From positions 248,001 to 312,000 of the forward strand of contig NC_134027.1 in the NCBI RefSeq assembly GCF_964204645.1: a DNA stretch of 64,000 bases, in the 5' to 3' direction. Shown piece after piece: positions 51,554 through 64,000 of the stretch (positions are counted from its first letter, which is position 1; each line of letters starts with the position of its first letter). The notes below the pieces were generated by a model. That model ran no database searches and was not told where the DNA came from. It saw only the letters and a program-made list of their open reading frames with translations. The stretch is from Tubulanus polymorphus (taxonomy: Eukaryota > Animalia > Nemertea). A program made the position numbers and the translations under genes.

Positions 51554-53077
51554 ATGACGTGGTTGATATCAGCAATTCTAGCTCTTTTTTGTTTGTCCGC
51601 AGTTAACGGTAAATTATATTTTAAAAAAATATTTTTATTCCATCAACTTTGTTTCTGACTGAAATGAGATAATAGTTTGTTACTAATTTATAAATCATTT
51701 CTTTTATTGCTTTTGGAAAAATTGAAATTAATTGAAAATTGATTTATAACGAAGGTCTATAATCAGGTAATCGTTTAATTTCTAGTGGACTGCGCGCGCA
51801 TAGGAAAACGACTGTTAACTCAATTCGATGATATGTTAGTGAAATATCTAGGGATGAGCGGCAAAGATTTTGATGGTTATGGAAATTACTGCGGAGTCGG
51901 TGGTTCAGGTGAACCAGTAGATGAAATTGACAAGTGAGTCTCTCTTATATCCAGTTCCACATTTCACGAGACAGTTCCACATTTCTGGGGCCAGTTTACA
52001 GTTCCGGACCCAGTTCCACAGTTCTGGACCCAGTTCCACGGTTCCGAACCCAGTTCTACAGTTCTGGACCCAGTTCCACGGTTCCGGACCCAGTTCTACA
52101 GTTTTGGATTGATCCATACTTTTGGGGCCACAGTTCCACAATTCTGGGGTAGTTCCACAGTTCCGGCCCCAGGGCCGCAGTTCCGGACCCAGTTTCACAG
52201 TTCCGGGCCCAATGCCGCAGTTCTGGAGCCAGTTCCGTAGTTCTGATATATTCTTACAAATTGTATATTTTAGATGTTGTATGCATCATGACCATTGTTA
52301 CATCAGTTTGGGTAAATCTGATGAATGTAAGGCGATTCTAAACGTCCCGAAGGCGCCATATTTCATACATTATAACAATGACGTCACGAAAGATTCTATC
52401 AGATGCCGTAAGTATAACTAGGGCCCGGGTCCAGTCCAAACGTGCAGAACTAGGGCCCGGGCCCAGTCCAAACGCGCAGAACTGGGGCCCGGGCCAAGTC
52501 CAAACGCGCAGAACTTAACTCTTCAATTGGGGTTGACATATTTAACGACTGAATCTGAAGTTATTTATCGAATTATTCGAGCAGTCGATCCCGGTCCTTA
52601 TCATGGGCCATTGACTACAGATTTGAGCCGAGTGGCATCTTCACCCGCCAAGGGATTCGAACCGACTACGCTAAAGCTGGTGGAAGCGAGTTCGGGAGTG
52701 ATACCAGACCCTGGCAAGCGAGGATGGCCGAGTATTGGTGACTATGGAGGATTTGTCAAATAAATGATGAATTGACTTTAAAATCATGACGATAATTGCC
52801 ATAGTTGTAGGAATAAGGTTACCATCATTTTAAAAGATACATTTATTTCTTAATTCATTTATTTCTTAATTCTAATTTTTCTATAGTCGATGATCCGAAT
52901 GAGGAACCATGTCGTTCTGCTATATGCACGTGTGACCGAACTGTGACATTGTGCTTCAATAAACACCGCAATATCTATAACAAAGATAATCTGAGTGACA
53001 GTTTCAGCGCGAAAATACAACATGAGTTTATCAAAATATGGGAAAAAATTAAACGCAAAATTGATAAATGGATCTAA
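51554..53077 (+). CDS. Secreted phospholipase A2 (group I/II-like fold, 175 aa)
   Basis: Exons 51554-51608, 51786-51933, 52274-52407, 52887-53077; signal peptide MTWLISAILALFCLSAVNVDC, propeptide ending GKR, Ca-loop YGNYCGVGGSG, active site DEIDKCCMHHDHCY, ICTCDR; AATAAA at ~53212. Confidence 0.93.
51950..52240. repeat. ~20 bp minisatellite cagttccacagttc(c/t)ggacc in PLA2 intron 2
   Basis: Same unit family as 59150-59450. Confidence 0.85.
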
Positions 53078-53373
53078 AAAATAGTGATGTAAAATTCTTT
53101 CGGTTCCATAGTGACGAATAACGCACTAAACGATTAAGACTGGGCTTGGCTAATCTAGACCCAAAATGCCGAGTTTACAAAATATTTTTCTACTCTGGAA
53201 CCGAGTTTAAGAATAAAGAAATCTATGACGTAATTTACGTATTTTGTTGTTATGTGTCTCCATGTGATCCGTAGTCATGGAATCTAGTTCAAAGATGGCG
53301 CCATTTTGAGAGTGGTTATGCGCATTACCCGAATAGAGGATCCGTTGATTTCTTTAAAGTTAGAAAGTGCAAG

Positions 53374-56300
53374 ATGGAACGGGACATCTATCAAGGCGCT
53401 CTGGCTAAAGTCAACCATTCGAAAGATCAGGCAAAACTGAGGAAATTCTCAACAACTCTGGAAAAACGAAAAGAAAGCAGAGAATTAATATTTCGGTAAT
53501 CGATAATTTCGTTGCCCGTTTGTTCATTTGTCTTATCTTTTGATGGTTCATTTTTTTCAAATTTTCAAGATATTAACGAGAGATTCTTTAAGAAGGAAAG
53601 TTAAATAACTCATCGTTACATCAGAGAACGAGGCCAAAATATTTTCAAAAATTTAAAACTGTTGTCTTTGTTGGCTTCACCATACAAATAAATTCAACAT
53701 AAATATATTATTTTTTCCAACTGCCTAAAAGTCATGTGTTCAGTTTGGGTTGTGAATTGTATCCCCCACAACTCTGAAATCCATAACTTCCTACGTCAAA
53801 GAGCCAGAGCTGAAACATTTTGAAGTCAGTTGTTCAGATCGTGTATATATTTCAGTCGCGAGGAAGATGAATTAAAACATCAGTTCACACGTTTACAGAA
53901 CGAACGTCACAGCATCTGGGCGAATCCTGGTTCAACCATTCATGCGTTACCCAGAAAACCACCGTCAATAACATCGGTAAACCGTATATAGACACTGCCC
54001 TCAATCACCCTATGACATCATCAAATATGCCTGCTACACAGGGGCAGATCGAGAGGCCATTTTTAAGGACTTGTCACATCTCAAAGGTTCACCAAGAACC
54101 CTAGTGTCTGATGTACCATAGATGGTACGTAGTTGTAACATGGTGGTTATTCAGGATCGGACGTAGATCACTGTGGAGTCAGTCACATTGCCAGGACTTG
54201 TCACATCTCAAAGGATGCTTCGATGTTTAAAAACGCAATATCATTAAAGGACACCCAAAAATTTTGATGGACTTGTAAGTCTCACAAGTCCCCCCGGATC
54301 CACCCCTGCTGTAGTGATTTGATAAACCCTTGAGCAGAATATGGATAGGCCTACATCCTATCCATAGCAGGCTATCTAATGACGTCAGAGGAAGATGGGT
54401 CTATTAGTTTAAATCAGAAGAGGGAATCTGATGATGTCATAGTGGGATTGTGGAGATAATCTATTGTTTATTTTTGTAGTCAACTGAATTTTCCGATGCC
54501 CCATCACGTCAAAACAGTAATCGTAGTATTGAGACTTTAAGGTAAAATATAGGAATAAATCTGAAAAAAATCAATCTCATATCTGATGTCTGAGAGTCGG
54601 ATGTCTCATATCTGATGTCTGAGAGATAAATATCTGATGTCTGACAGTCTCGTGTGATGTCTGACCATCTGGACCTTCGGTTTCTATTTGTTCATTGATC
54701 CTGACTCAAACTGACGTCTTGATGACAATCTAATATCTAATGTCTGTTACAGTGTCTAATGTCTGACGGTTGTTTTATCTCTGTATCCGCAGTTTTGCAG
54801 CCTCCGCGTCACTCGTACCACAGAAGAAAGAATCGAACGTCAAATCCAGATTATTTGATTATGAAAATAAACAAGCGCGAAGTCACCGAATTTTACGGTT
54901 AAAAGACCCGGATGAATCTTCAAATTCAAATATTGCTCTTAGTTCTCACGACATAGCTTTGCGCATACTCGATGGAGCCTCCGTGTCTGGTAAATAGAAA
55001 CTTTATCGATCCATCGTCGGGTATGACTACATCGATTTCCGATACCGTACATTTTTAGCCAATAACGAGTCAGGTTGCATTCGCGTTGCGCTTATTTACG
55101 TATGCAAAGTAATCATCGAAGCGAGAACTAACGGGTGCTCTGATTGGTTTCATACAATCAGGTTCGAGTCCCATCGGAAGGCAAATTTAATCAAATACCA
55201 ACTCAATTATATATTACCCCTTAAAAAATTTCAATTAAATATATTGCTGATTTTACAACTGCTGAATATGACCCAGTTATTCCGGTAAATGTTTGATTTT
55301 AGGAAATTCGCAACCATCAAAACTCAGACCTAAAAAACTGCACATGACTCAAAGATCCGTAGAACGCTGTGCGGACAGCAGCAGTTCGGAAATGTTGGAA
55401 CAAATGTGGCAACCGAATTCGACATTGGTCCCCCCTACCGACAGCGGTACACATCATCTAACACTGCCTAAACTGAGAAACCTGGCGATGGTGGCAGACA
55501 CTAAGAGTTCCGGGGATATTTCACCGAGAGACAGACAGCAAACTAAATACAGGCGAATTCCAGCACCGAGTAAGAAGAAGAAAAAGTCGCGAGATCCGAA
55601 AATTAAATTGTCAACTGAAGAATCTCCAGATTCGCCCGACTCGAATCACGGTCAGTTGAGCTCACGTCACGTGTCCAATGATAACGACGGTTTGTTACAA
55701 ATTCGACCGAATCGAGCGACCGGAAGTCACGTGGGATTGGACACGCTGAGCAGTTCCCAGATTGTAAATAGATCAGCGTTGAAAATAACGGATCAAAAAG
55801 ATTCGCAGTCGACAATGAAAAAGAGAAAGTCCCCGCCGGAAGAGAGGGTGCTAGTTAAACGAAAGGTATAAAATCCCGTTACAATCAGGTTCTAATCCCG
55901 TGAAGGTAATATCTATCATTCAACTAATCGGTAAATTCTTCACCGATACAATGATTTCCATAATCTTTTCATAAGTGAAATTAACCACAGGTTAAGCCTA
56001 TTATTCACAGTGGTTTTGTGGGGGTTCAAAAAATAGTTCATTTTTCTATAGCCAATATACAAACTTAGAACCACTCATGCCGTTGGACCTGAGTATGGAA
56101 CCCGGAAACCTTGTTTATGTGTATGTGATCCTCAGTGTGGAAATTCAGATATTGTTGAATATTGTTTTTTAGGAGCGAAAACCGCGTGAACAGATTGAAT
56201 TCCATCACACGAGTTTATCACAGAAAACACTGAAAAATCTACATGAAATACTGAACGAAGACAAACTAAAGTGAGTGACTTCGTGAAAGATGCGTCCATG

Positions 56301-57269
56301 GATTGTTTTAAAATATTAGCTTGGATACCGTTTTAGTTATGATACATGCGTGTCTGAAAAAATATCTTGTAAAAAAGTTGGCCTCCGATACCTCTCTTAT
56401 AAATCCTGATCACAGTTGCTTATTTGTGATTTAGTCTAAATGATTTGAAAGATAACAATGCTGTAAAAACAGCCAATAATTAGGAGACTGGAAGTTAATA
56501 TCTTCAAAGTCGAGTGAAAATGTCATTGAATTTAATTAGTCTAATATTCATTCACCTGATGAAGCTAATAAACATTACTAGTTACACCGATAAAGAACTA
56601 TTCGTCACGTTGTATCTATTCTAATACGACGTTTATAATAAAGGTTGTCTAGACGTCATCAGAAGATGGCTCCTAGATCTCAGGTTTGCATCTTATGAAA
56701 GATCGTTCCTTTGAATTCTGGTCGTTTTTAAGCCGCCATTCATTCCGGCGACCTTGACCTTTGTTCGTCACAAAAATCCCCTCGTCTCAAATGACGACAC
56801 TTTTTATTCAGCGTGATACAATCGTTAAATCGTTATGGTTATTTTTTTGTTTGTTGTCGTTTACAGACGTGAGGATTATATACCGTTACCGCTGGTTCAC
56901 GGACCCGTTTGCTCCATAGACCAGAAAAACAGAAAAAGACTGATGGCACTGGAGGTGTTACTGAAACAGTTACCGGCGACTCTACAAAAAGATGCCGTTG
57001 ATTTTGACCCGTTAGCGATGCTGAGCTGCCGATATCTGAGACTCTCGGCGAATAACGTAGCTACGTTGATTGAAATGTGTAACGAGGCGGGAATTAATGT
57101 CGATATTCATCCGCATATGGATGTCAGCGGTGTCCAACTGAAACCGGAAGTGAAAAAACTACAACATTCACCACGTGATGTATTGCCGACGCAGACGCAA
57201 CTGAAAATATCTCCGTTAGTTGATAATAATAATAATAATAATAATGAAAATAATTATAATATCATTTAA
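53374..57269 (+). CDS. Uncharacterised ~521 aa protein, mostly disordered, with C16orf78-like C-terminal motif
   Basis: Phase-consistent exons 53374-53495, 53856-53976, 54480-54541, 54793-54989, 55303-55865, 56173-56270, 56867-57269; YY1-like aagatggcg at ~53292; C-terminal LSCRYLRLSANNVATLIEMCNEAGINVDIHPHM. Confidence 0.8.
54039..54308. mobile_element. hAT-like non-autonomous element
   Basis: Termini caggggcagatc / gatccacccctg with internal repeated ggacttgtcacatctcaaag; no intact 8 bp TSD. Confidence 0.55.
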
Positions 57270-59149
57270 GATTTAAAACATACGATAAACATTTCATTTT
57301 CTATATCACAAATTATTATCGTTTTGAATTCATCGTCAAACTGACGTAAGTCATCATTTGGATAAATCGTCGCAATTACTGGAGTTGTCTCTATTTTTGA
57401 GTCTCCAATTGTATTTTCAATTTAATTCCCTGTAGCAAACGTAAGTCGTTATTTGGACAAGTCTCCAACATAGCGAATGATCCGGTCCTGTGTGTAACCA
57501 CGTGTTTAGTGTTTATTTCAGTTTATTTCATTGTAATAAAAGTTTAAAGTTATTTATTTTCTATTTCATGTTAAGTCAATAATTTGGTACAAAAATGTTC
57601 TAAAAATAAACACAACAAATAGTTTGAAGAGAATCATCTCTGTATCAAATATCAAATATCGATAATTCTAGTTGTCTGTGTGTCTCAGATATATCGGATC
57701 ATTGCGATCCAGTGCGGAGACTGAGAGACAGTGTGGATCTGATGCTGTTCTCAGTCGAACCGTAAAACATTCATCAATCTATTAATAGCATCCAGAATCA
57801 ATCTCTTCCGATCTCTCCTCGATACCTTACTGCGGCTCTGATATTTCATCGACAAACCGCGTTCTTTCTACTTGTCGTCTGCTCTGTGACGCTTGACAGA
57901 CATTTCTGATAATTCTTGATGAGAAAAAGAAAAATTTCCATTAAGTGTTTTCAACCGATCGACACATAGATCTTCCGCGGCCCTTGATCATTCACGGCCC
58001 CGATCATCCACGGCCTACCTCCACCCACGATCTTCCACTAAACCGCTTGTTCCCAACGCGTGCTGCCAGATCCCAATTTCATTAGACTATATAAACTACT
58101 TTGGATCGATTTGCAAAGCAAAAGTAAACAACTTAGTGAACTGGACCCTAGTGACCCTAACAGCGCGGTGCTGGACTGAGCATATCCGGAAAAATGGAGA
58201 GACACCGCCACCTGGCGGGATGACTGACAGTGTTGTCGAATAGGATTGGTTCATCTCCAATGTTTTAATTCTATTAGAAACTAATGATTAAAAACTCTAG
58301 AACTAAAGAACCTCGCGCCAGCAGAACCTGCGGTAGAAATACGTTAGAAACCCGGTGATATAGAATGATATCGATATATCTCGATGTCCTCAACTTGTTT
58401 ACAAGTTTAACAACCGTTAATGGTTTTGAATTAATAATTAATTCGTTGTTCAGTTTATCCTGTACCCAGCAGTATCCAGCTGTATCCAGGAGTCCTCCGT
58501 TTCCCTACTACTGTCTGACACTTGATTCGATGCGCTATTGGATTAAACTGCAAATCATTAATATTTTAACTATTTGTTTGAAAGAAAACCAATTCTATTC
58601 GGCACTTCAGAATTACAGTAAAACGCATCACCCAGTTAGTGCTTTAGTACTCTCTCCTAACTAGTCAGTACTAACCATTGGACTCGCTATACAAAAAAAC
58701 CCTTACTGTCCAATTTCACAATAATTTCAAATCAATTCATTATGGTCTAATACGGTCTATAAATGGTCTGTATATTCTAGTGAAACATGCTCATCTAATG
58801 TACCGTAGCTTATGACCAGGGCCCAGTCTCGCAGTAAAGATGTTAATGTTTTGACCTCTCATCCTTTATTCAGTAAATATCTCTGGGTCTCGTCTGCTGC
58901 TACTGATGATGATAAAGAGATTATTTACAGTCGATGAAAGGTGATTATTTTTAACCCTCACTCTGTAAACACGTGCTATTTGAACTGAGCTCCGGCCGTT
59001 ATTTGACGAGAATATTGTCCAATCAATTGCCGCAAATACCAAAAAAATGCTTTGAAAAATTGGGTCAGATGCGACTTTTCCCCCTCGCAATCTCCCAACA
59101 GTATCATCATATAAGTGGAGTTCGATCAATTGACGGTGGCTTAGAAGCT

Positions 59150-59450
59150 GGCCCCAGTTCCACAGTACCGGACCCAGTTCCACAGTTCTGGACTCAGTTC
59201 CACAGTACCGGACCCAGTTCCAACGTACCGGACCCAGTTCCACAGTAACGGATCCAGTTCCACAGTTCTGGACTCAGTTCCACAGTACCGGACCCAGTTC
59301 CACAGTACCGGACCCAGTTCCACAGTTCTGGACTCAGTTCCACAGTACCGGACCCAGTTCCACAGTACCGGACCCAGTTCCACAGTTCTGGACTCAGTTC
59401 CACAGTACCGGACCCAGTTCCACAGTACCGGACCCAGTTCCACAGTTCCT
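59150..59450. repeat. ~20 bp minisatellite cagttccacagtaccggacc
   Basis: About 15 units with a 60 bp higher-order period. Confidence 0.93.
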
Positions 59451-61209
59451 TGGCCCCAAACTGTTGAACTTGGTCCTGAAAATAAAACTGTCCCTACTAG
59501 TGCATATGGGTGAAATATACTAATGTACGTATGGTATCGAAATTGTACATAGTCGCGTGGAGTCAGAAATAATGACAATATACTGTATTGTGACTGGTGA
59601 CATAACGGAAGCAAAATCGGACAGATAGATCACGAAAATCTGACAACTCTCTCGCCACGGGGTGAGTGAGAGTAAGAGGGAGAGAGAGGGGGGAGAGAGA
59701 GAGGACAGGTCGATACAATACATGAAATTGATCTAAAGAGATTCTGAACTGACGCAAGGACGCAACCGTCTTATCGCGAATCATCATTCTCTCAGTAAAC
59801 GCCACAGGATGTCAGAGTAGTTTGACATGGGAATCAACTTAACTGGATTTATCTTTCATAGCGCTACAGGTAAGAGACGAGGTATTATAAAATATGTTTC
59901 AATTTAATCCTATCTCGGAGCTACTCACTATCTGTAACCTATGCGCCACCGGTTCAGAGTTTGATTCAACTCTTCGGTTAAATGTAGTTAGTTTACAATT
60001 TTAGTTGTAATACATTTATTTTCTGTCAGTTAATTCTTAATTCATCAAGACAAAATTCCGCAATAATGAGTTATGATTTAACTAATTGATAATCAACTGA
60101 TTTCCACTAAGAGTTAATTCTAACCCACAAGTGTGGAACTGGATCCTGAGTTCAGAGTTAATTCTAACTCTTGACTGTGGAACTGGATCCAAGTATTTGT
60201 TAGTACTTCACTCTAAAGGAAAAACTGTTGAATTGGACTAATTTCAATTTTGAGTAAAACCTAATCGACATTTTACGATAAACTATTTTACAGTTGCTAG
60301 CCGTCAATCGCACGGTTTGAATGTTGATAAAACTGTCAAAGTTCATCAAACCAGTGAAATATGATAAAACACGCATCACAAATAGTTTTCAATTTCTATG
60401 AGTTAAATCGAGAGAGTTACGAAGAATTTAAATTGGGTGTAAATCTTTTCCGTAAAACTATATCTTCCCTCAAGTGGGCCGGTCCATGTTTGTGGTTGTG
60501 GAAAAAGGAAGTTTAAAGTCATGAAATTGAAACTTTGCGATCATAAATCGTCGAATATCATGACTTCATTTTCCAAAAAATATTTGAAATCGTGAGTGAA
60601 AATGAATAGCGATTTATTAATATCAGTTTTATTTAACAAATTCTACACTTAATTTCGATAAAAAAACAATAAGTCCGAAATATTTCCTTTCTGTCATTAT
60701 TTTGTTATAACACCAGCCGCTGTAGATATAACTCTATAGGATAAAGTCGAAACTATGAATAAACTCTATGCGAAGGAAACATTTCAGACCTTATTTTTCG
60801 TTATTAGATTAAGCAATGAACTGGATGTGGAACTTGTAACTAGATTCAAGTCGCGTGAATTCCTGAAACCAACGGTTTTTTTTTATCGTTTGTTTAAATC
60901 TGGAAAAGACAAAAATAATCAAGAATCGATGAAACGTTGACGATTCCAGTTAGAGCGGAAATTGCTAGATTGAGAGTCAAAGGAAGGAACTGAAGAGACT
61001 GGAATATTCGAGAAATTACGGGGCAAGGAAGAGATTTTCTGAATCTCGTCAATTCAAATGAATGCAATATGACAGAGAACTAATAGAACCGGGTTGTTCG
61101 AACTGTGCCCTGAAAGATGCATGCATTTCTATGAGATTGTCTGACGGGTATTCTTGGTCTGATTAGCAACTGTTTTTCAAATTTGCTGACAAGTACTGTT
61201 TAGTGAATA

Positions 61210-61530
61210 AAGTCACCACACCTGATTGGTCACAGTTACCACACCTGACTGGTCACCACTGACCATTGCACCAACTTACAAACTCACGCAGTCACTACAG
61301 CTCAGTGGTCTAGTGGTTTGGACAGTGGACTGGCAACTGAGAGACCCAGGTTCAAATCCCGTTGGGTGACTGCACCTAGGGTTAGGTTGACTGCACCTAG
61401 GGTTAGGGTTACGCGTCTAGGGTTAGGTTGACTGCACCTAGGGTTAGGGTTACGCGTCTAGGGTTAGCGGCCAGCAGTGAGTGGCTGCACCTAGGGTTAG
61501 GGTTACGCGTCTAGGGTTAGCTGCCAGCAG
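61210..61530 (+). mobile_element. Composite repeat: leader + tRNA-like core + TTAGGG-like tail (copy 2)
   Basis: A-box tggtctagtgg, B-box ggttcaaatcc, tail of ctagggttagggtta units; homologous to 19960-20200. Confidence 0.75.
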
Positions 61531-62329
61531 CGAGTGGTATATCCGTAATTTTTTTTGTTCTCACTGTTTTGCCGAGAAAATACCCTCATTCTTCTTGCCT
61601 TTCTCTCCCTATCACTGGATCTCATACTCTAACACGGACTCCTGTCTCTTTAGTGCTCATTAAGTTAACCCCGGACTCAACTGGGACATTTCCAATATTC
61701 TAACTCTACGTGTCGTGTGGAACTGGCTCAGAATCAAGTCCCGAATTTTCAGAGATTTTAACTACAATTTATGAATGAGTTGAAGTCTTTTGAAAGACGA
61801 TAAGCAGATATAGAGTAGATAAACAGTTACTTAATATTATATATAAATGTTACAGGTTTATACAATATTCGGAATGGGGATGGATAAGATTATATAGATT
61901 CTGTTAAGATCAGTTGATTTGAGTTTGTTTTTCTTATACGAACTTTAGCGGGTTTATTGCCTTCTGAATTTTGTTAGCAACCATGTCAACATGGTGTTGA
62001 AATTTGATAAGAATATTATCATTTTTAAAAAGTATTAAAACGTCGTCAAGCGAACTCGTCAGACAACCAGCAGTACACACATCACACCAGGCGCGCAGTA
62101 TTGTAGATTTTGAAGTTATGATGACATCCACATCGATCCTAACAGAGGAGTGAAATAGCATGGTTCATAGAGTGTGTTCTATCATAGAATTGTACATTAC
62201 ATTATGTAAATCATGATTTATTTCTAAAAGTTTGAGAGACCAAGGAGAATTACATATATATAACAGATACAGGAATACAAATTACTGATTTCAAACCTGC
62301 ATCTAAATTATAGACATCAGACGTAGACC

Positions 62330-63562
62330 ATGATAGCGAGGTATCATTATAGGCGTTTAGTTTCATTCCGCAGAGAATTCGGTCGGTATTTTCCTGTGGT
62401 TCTCTACCCGATAGGAGTTGTGCTGAACACGTTCACTATAATTTACTTGTTGAAATATCGTCGTAATGTTTCGATTCGGGCGACGTTTATCTATTTGATA
62501 GCTCTCGCGGTCTCTGATCAGACGTACGTGTTGTTTAAAGGAATATTCAGATATCCGATCTATATTCAAACATTACTCAAAGATTGTTACTTCACTAATC
62601 GGTGTTCCAGTCAGATTCTACTATTTTATATTCGTTATTTCGATATAATTCAATGGCACTATTCGTTTTGTTATCTATCTCACCTAATAACTACGTCTGT
62701 TAATTTCACATGTAACTGGTTAGTTGTAATTATCTCTATTGAACGTTTCGTCGCCGTTAAAACGCCATTTTTTCACATGAAACACGTGACCATCAAGTTG
62801 CGACAATACGCAGTTACAGCCGCAGTACTGTCAGCTGTATTGATATCACTTCCGGACTTTCTAACAATTTTGTCAACGAAGTTACCTATTATTGTTTTTC
62901 GGTATAGATGGACTGGTGTTGGAGAGAACCGGACTCGTGGGGAAAGATATATTCATTCAACCTATTCTACTATTACCTGTACCAGTGACCCATTCAGTTT
63001 TAACTGGATGATTCTAGGAGTTACTATGTATTCATTAAAAGTTGCTCAATTTCTACGCGTTAAAACGATTTTTGTGTGTGACATAATTCCTGTTTTTCTG
63101 ATTCTAATTTTCTCGATGTTAACTGCGGCAAGCAAGGATAAAACTGTTAATTCGAATACGAAACGAAACAGTGTCCGATCTAATAAAACACTTCACGCTG
63201 TCGTCATTGTATTTCTTGTATTTGTGGCTCCCTTTTCAACGTTATTTTTGTTAAAGGTAATTAGCGGTGCTTTAGGAACCAAATCCGGCGTCGGGAATGC
63301 GGGGTCCGCCAATGAAACAATGTTTTCAACAATTAGATTTTTTCGGCTCGGTTCTGAGCGTCTTGCGAGCATACCCGTGGATAACCTGGCTGTAAACAGG
63401 AAGAATTCTGAAGAAACTGTCTATGATTATATGGAACAGTGGTGCGAGGTTCTAACTCTATTAGCCACCTATTTCCGGTCGATAGTCTACTGTAGTAATT
63501 TCATCGTTTATTTTTTTACGCTAAAAATTTATAAAATGTTATCGATTCTTCACCGGAAGTAG
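62330..63562 (+). CDS. Intronless class A (rhodopsin-like) GPCR, neuropeptide/chemoreceptor-like
   Basis: 410 aa ORF with seven hydrophobic segments; TM1 GxxxN (GVVLN), TM2 LAVSD, TM3 SIERFVAV.P, TM7 NFIVY. Confidence 0.9.
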   Translation: MIARYHYRRLVSFRREFGRYFPVVLYPIGVVLNTFTIIYLLKYRRNVSIRATFIYLIALAVSDQTYVLFKGIFRYPIYIQTLLKDCYFTNRCSSQILLFYIRYFDIIQWHYSFCYLSHLITTSVNFTCNWLVVIISIERFVAVKTPFFHMKHVTIKLRQYAVTAAVLSAVLISLPDFLTILSTKLPIIVFRYRWTGVGENRTRGERYIHSTYSTITCTSDPFSFNWMILGVTMYSLKVAQFLRVKTIFVCDIIPVFLILIFSMLTAASKDKTVNSNTKRNSVRSNKTLHAVVIVFLVFVAPFSTLFLLKVISGALGTKSGVGNAGSANETMFSTIRFFRLGSERLASIPVDNLAVNRKNSEETVYDYMEQWCEVLTLLATYFRSIVYCSNFIVYFFTLKIYKMLSILHRK

Positions 63563-64000
63563 AAGCCGTACGTTAGACATAACCGGAAGTAGAATCCATT
63601 CGGAAATAGGAAACTGTCGGGTGATTTGATTTGTAGCGGTTTCCATAAATTAGGATCAAACAACTTCCTGTGTTTTGGCAAATAATATCTCATCTCCCCA
63701 TACATGCATCTGTCTAAAAAAAGACATTATGTAATTTATTTTCTAGTGACTTCTCTTGCAACAAATATATTTTCTATGTGTTGTTGTTTGAGCTCCCCAG
63801 CGACTATTATTTGGGTCATCATATCCTTCGTGGGGGGGGGGGGGCATGCGAGATTTTATGTGTTTCTGTCTATATAGGTCATTGATGTTATAAAATGTTC
63901 CAGTCATCAATTTAAAGTCAAATCCGGCCCGAGTTCAGTTTTACGAAAGGCTGAAATTTTAACCCATAGTTTTATTTAGATAGATGCGTAAACATTGAGA

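Noticed and set aside
61295-61370. Functional tRNA gene (also ~20065-20135)
   Set aside because: A/B boxes are present but acceptor and anticodon stems pair poorly and the two copies differ; treated as tRNA-derived repeat.
61375-61520. Telomere or chromosome fusion site
   Set aside because: TTAGGG units are short, interrupted and part of a dispersed element.

Overview
AT-rich, intron-rich eukaryotic (metazoan, invertebrate-like) genomic DNA; the ORF track mostly shows exon fragments or repeat-derived spurious ORFs. By reading GT-AG splice sites and checking phase I assembled seven gene models: (1) a minus-strand LRRK2-like gene (ARM then ANK region; 20 exons from ATG 20501 running off the left edge); (2) a plus-strand 4-exon secreted protein gene nested in a LRRK2 intron; (3) an SLC41/MgtE-type Mg2+ transporter with two paralogous alternative first coding exons; (4) UBA1 (22 exons); (5) a secreted phospholipase A2 with a cationic amphipathic C-terminal tail; (6) a 7-exon gene whose C-terminus resembles C16orf78; (7) an intronless class A GPCR. 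Introns are full of minisatellites, MITEs/foldback elements and tRNA-derived elements. Most notable: the SLC41 second first exon looks like a mitochondrial presequence; several tandem arrays are built from the genes' own splice sites; and the ~9.9 kb LRRK2 intron holds an antisense multi-exon non-coding unit with an inverted LINE-fragment pair. No prokaryotic systems or CRISPR arrays are supported. Homology calls are from recalled motifs, not database searches.
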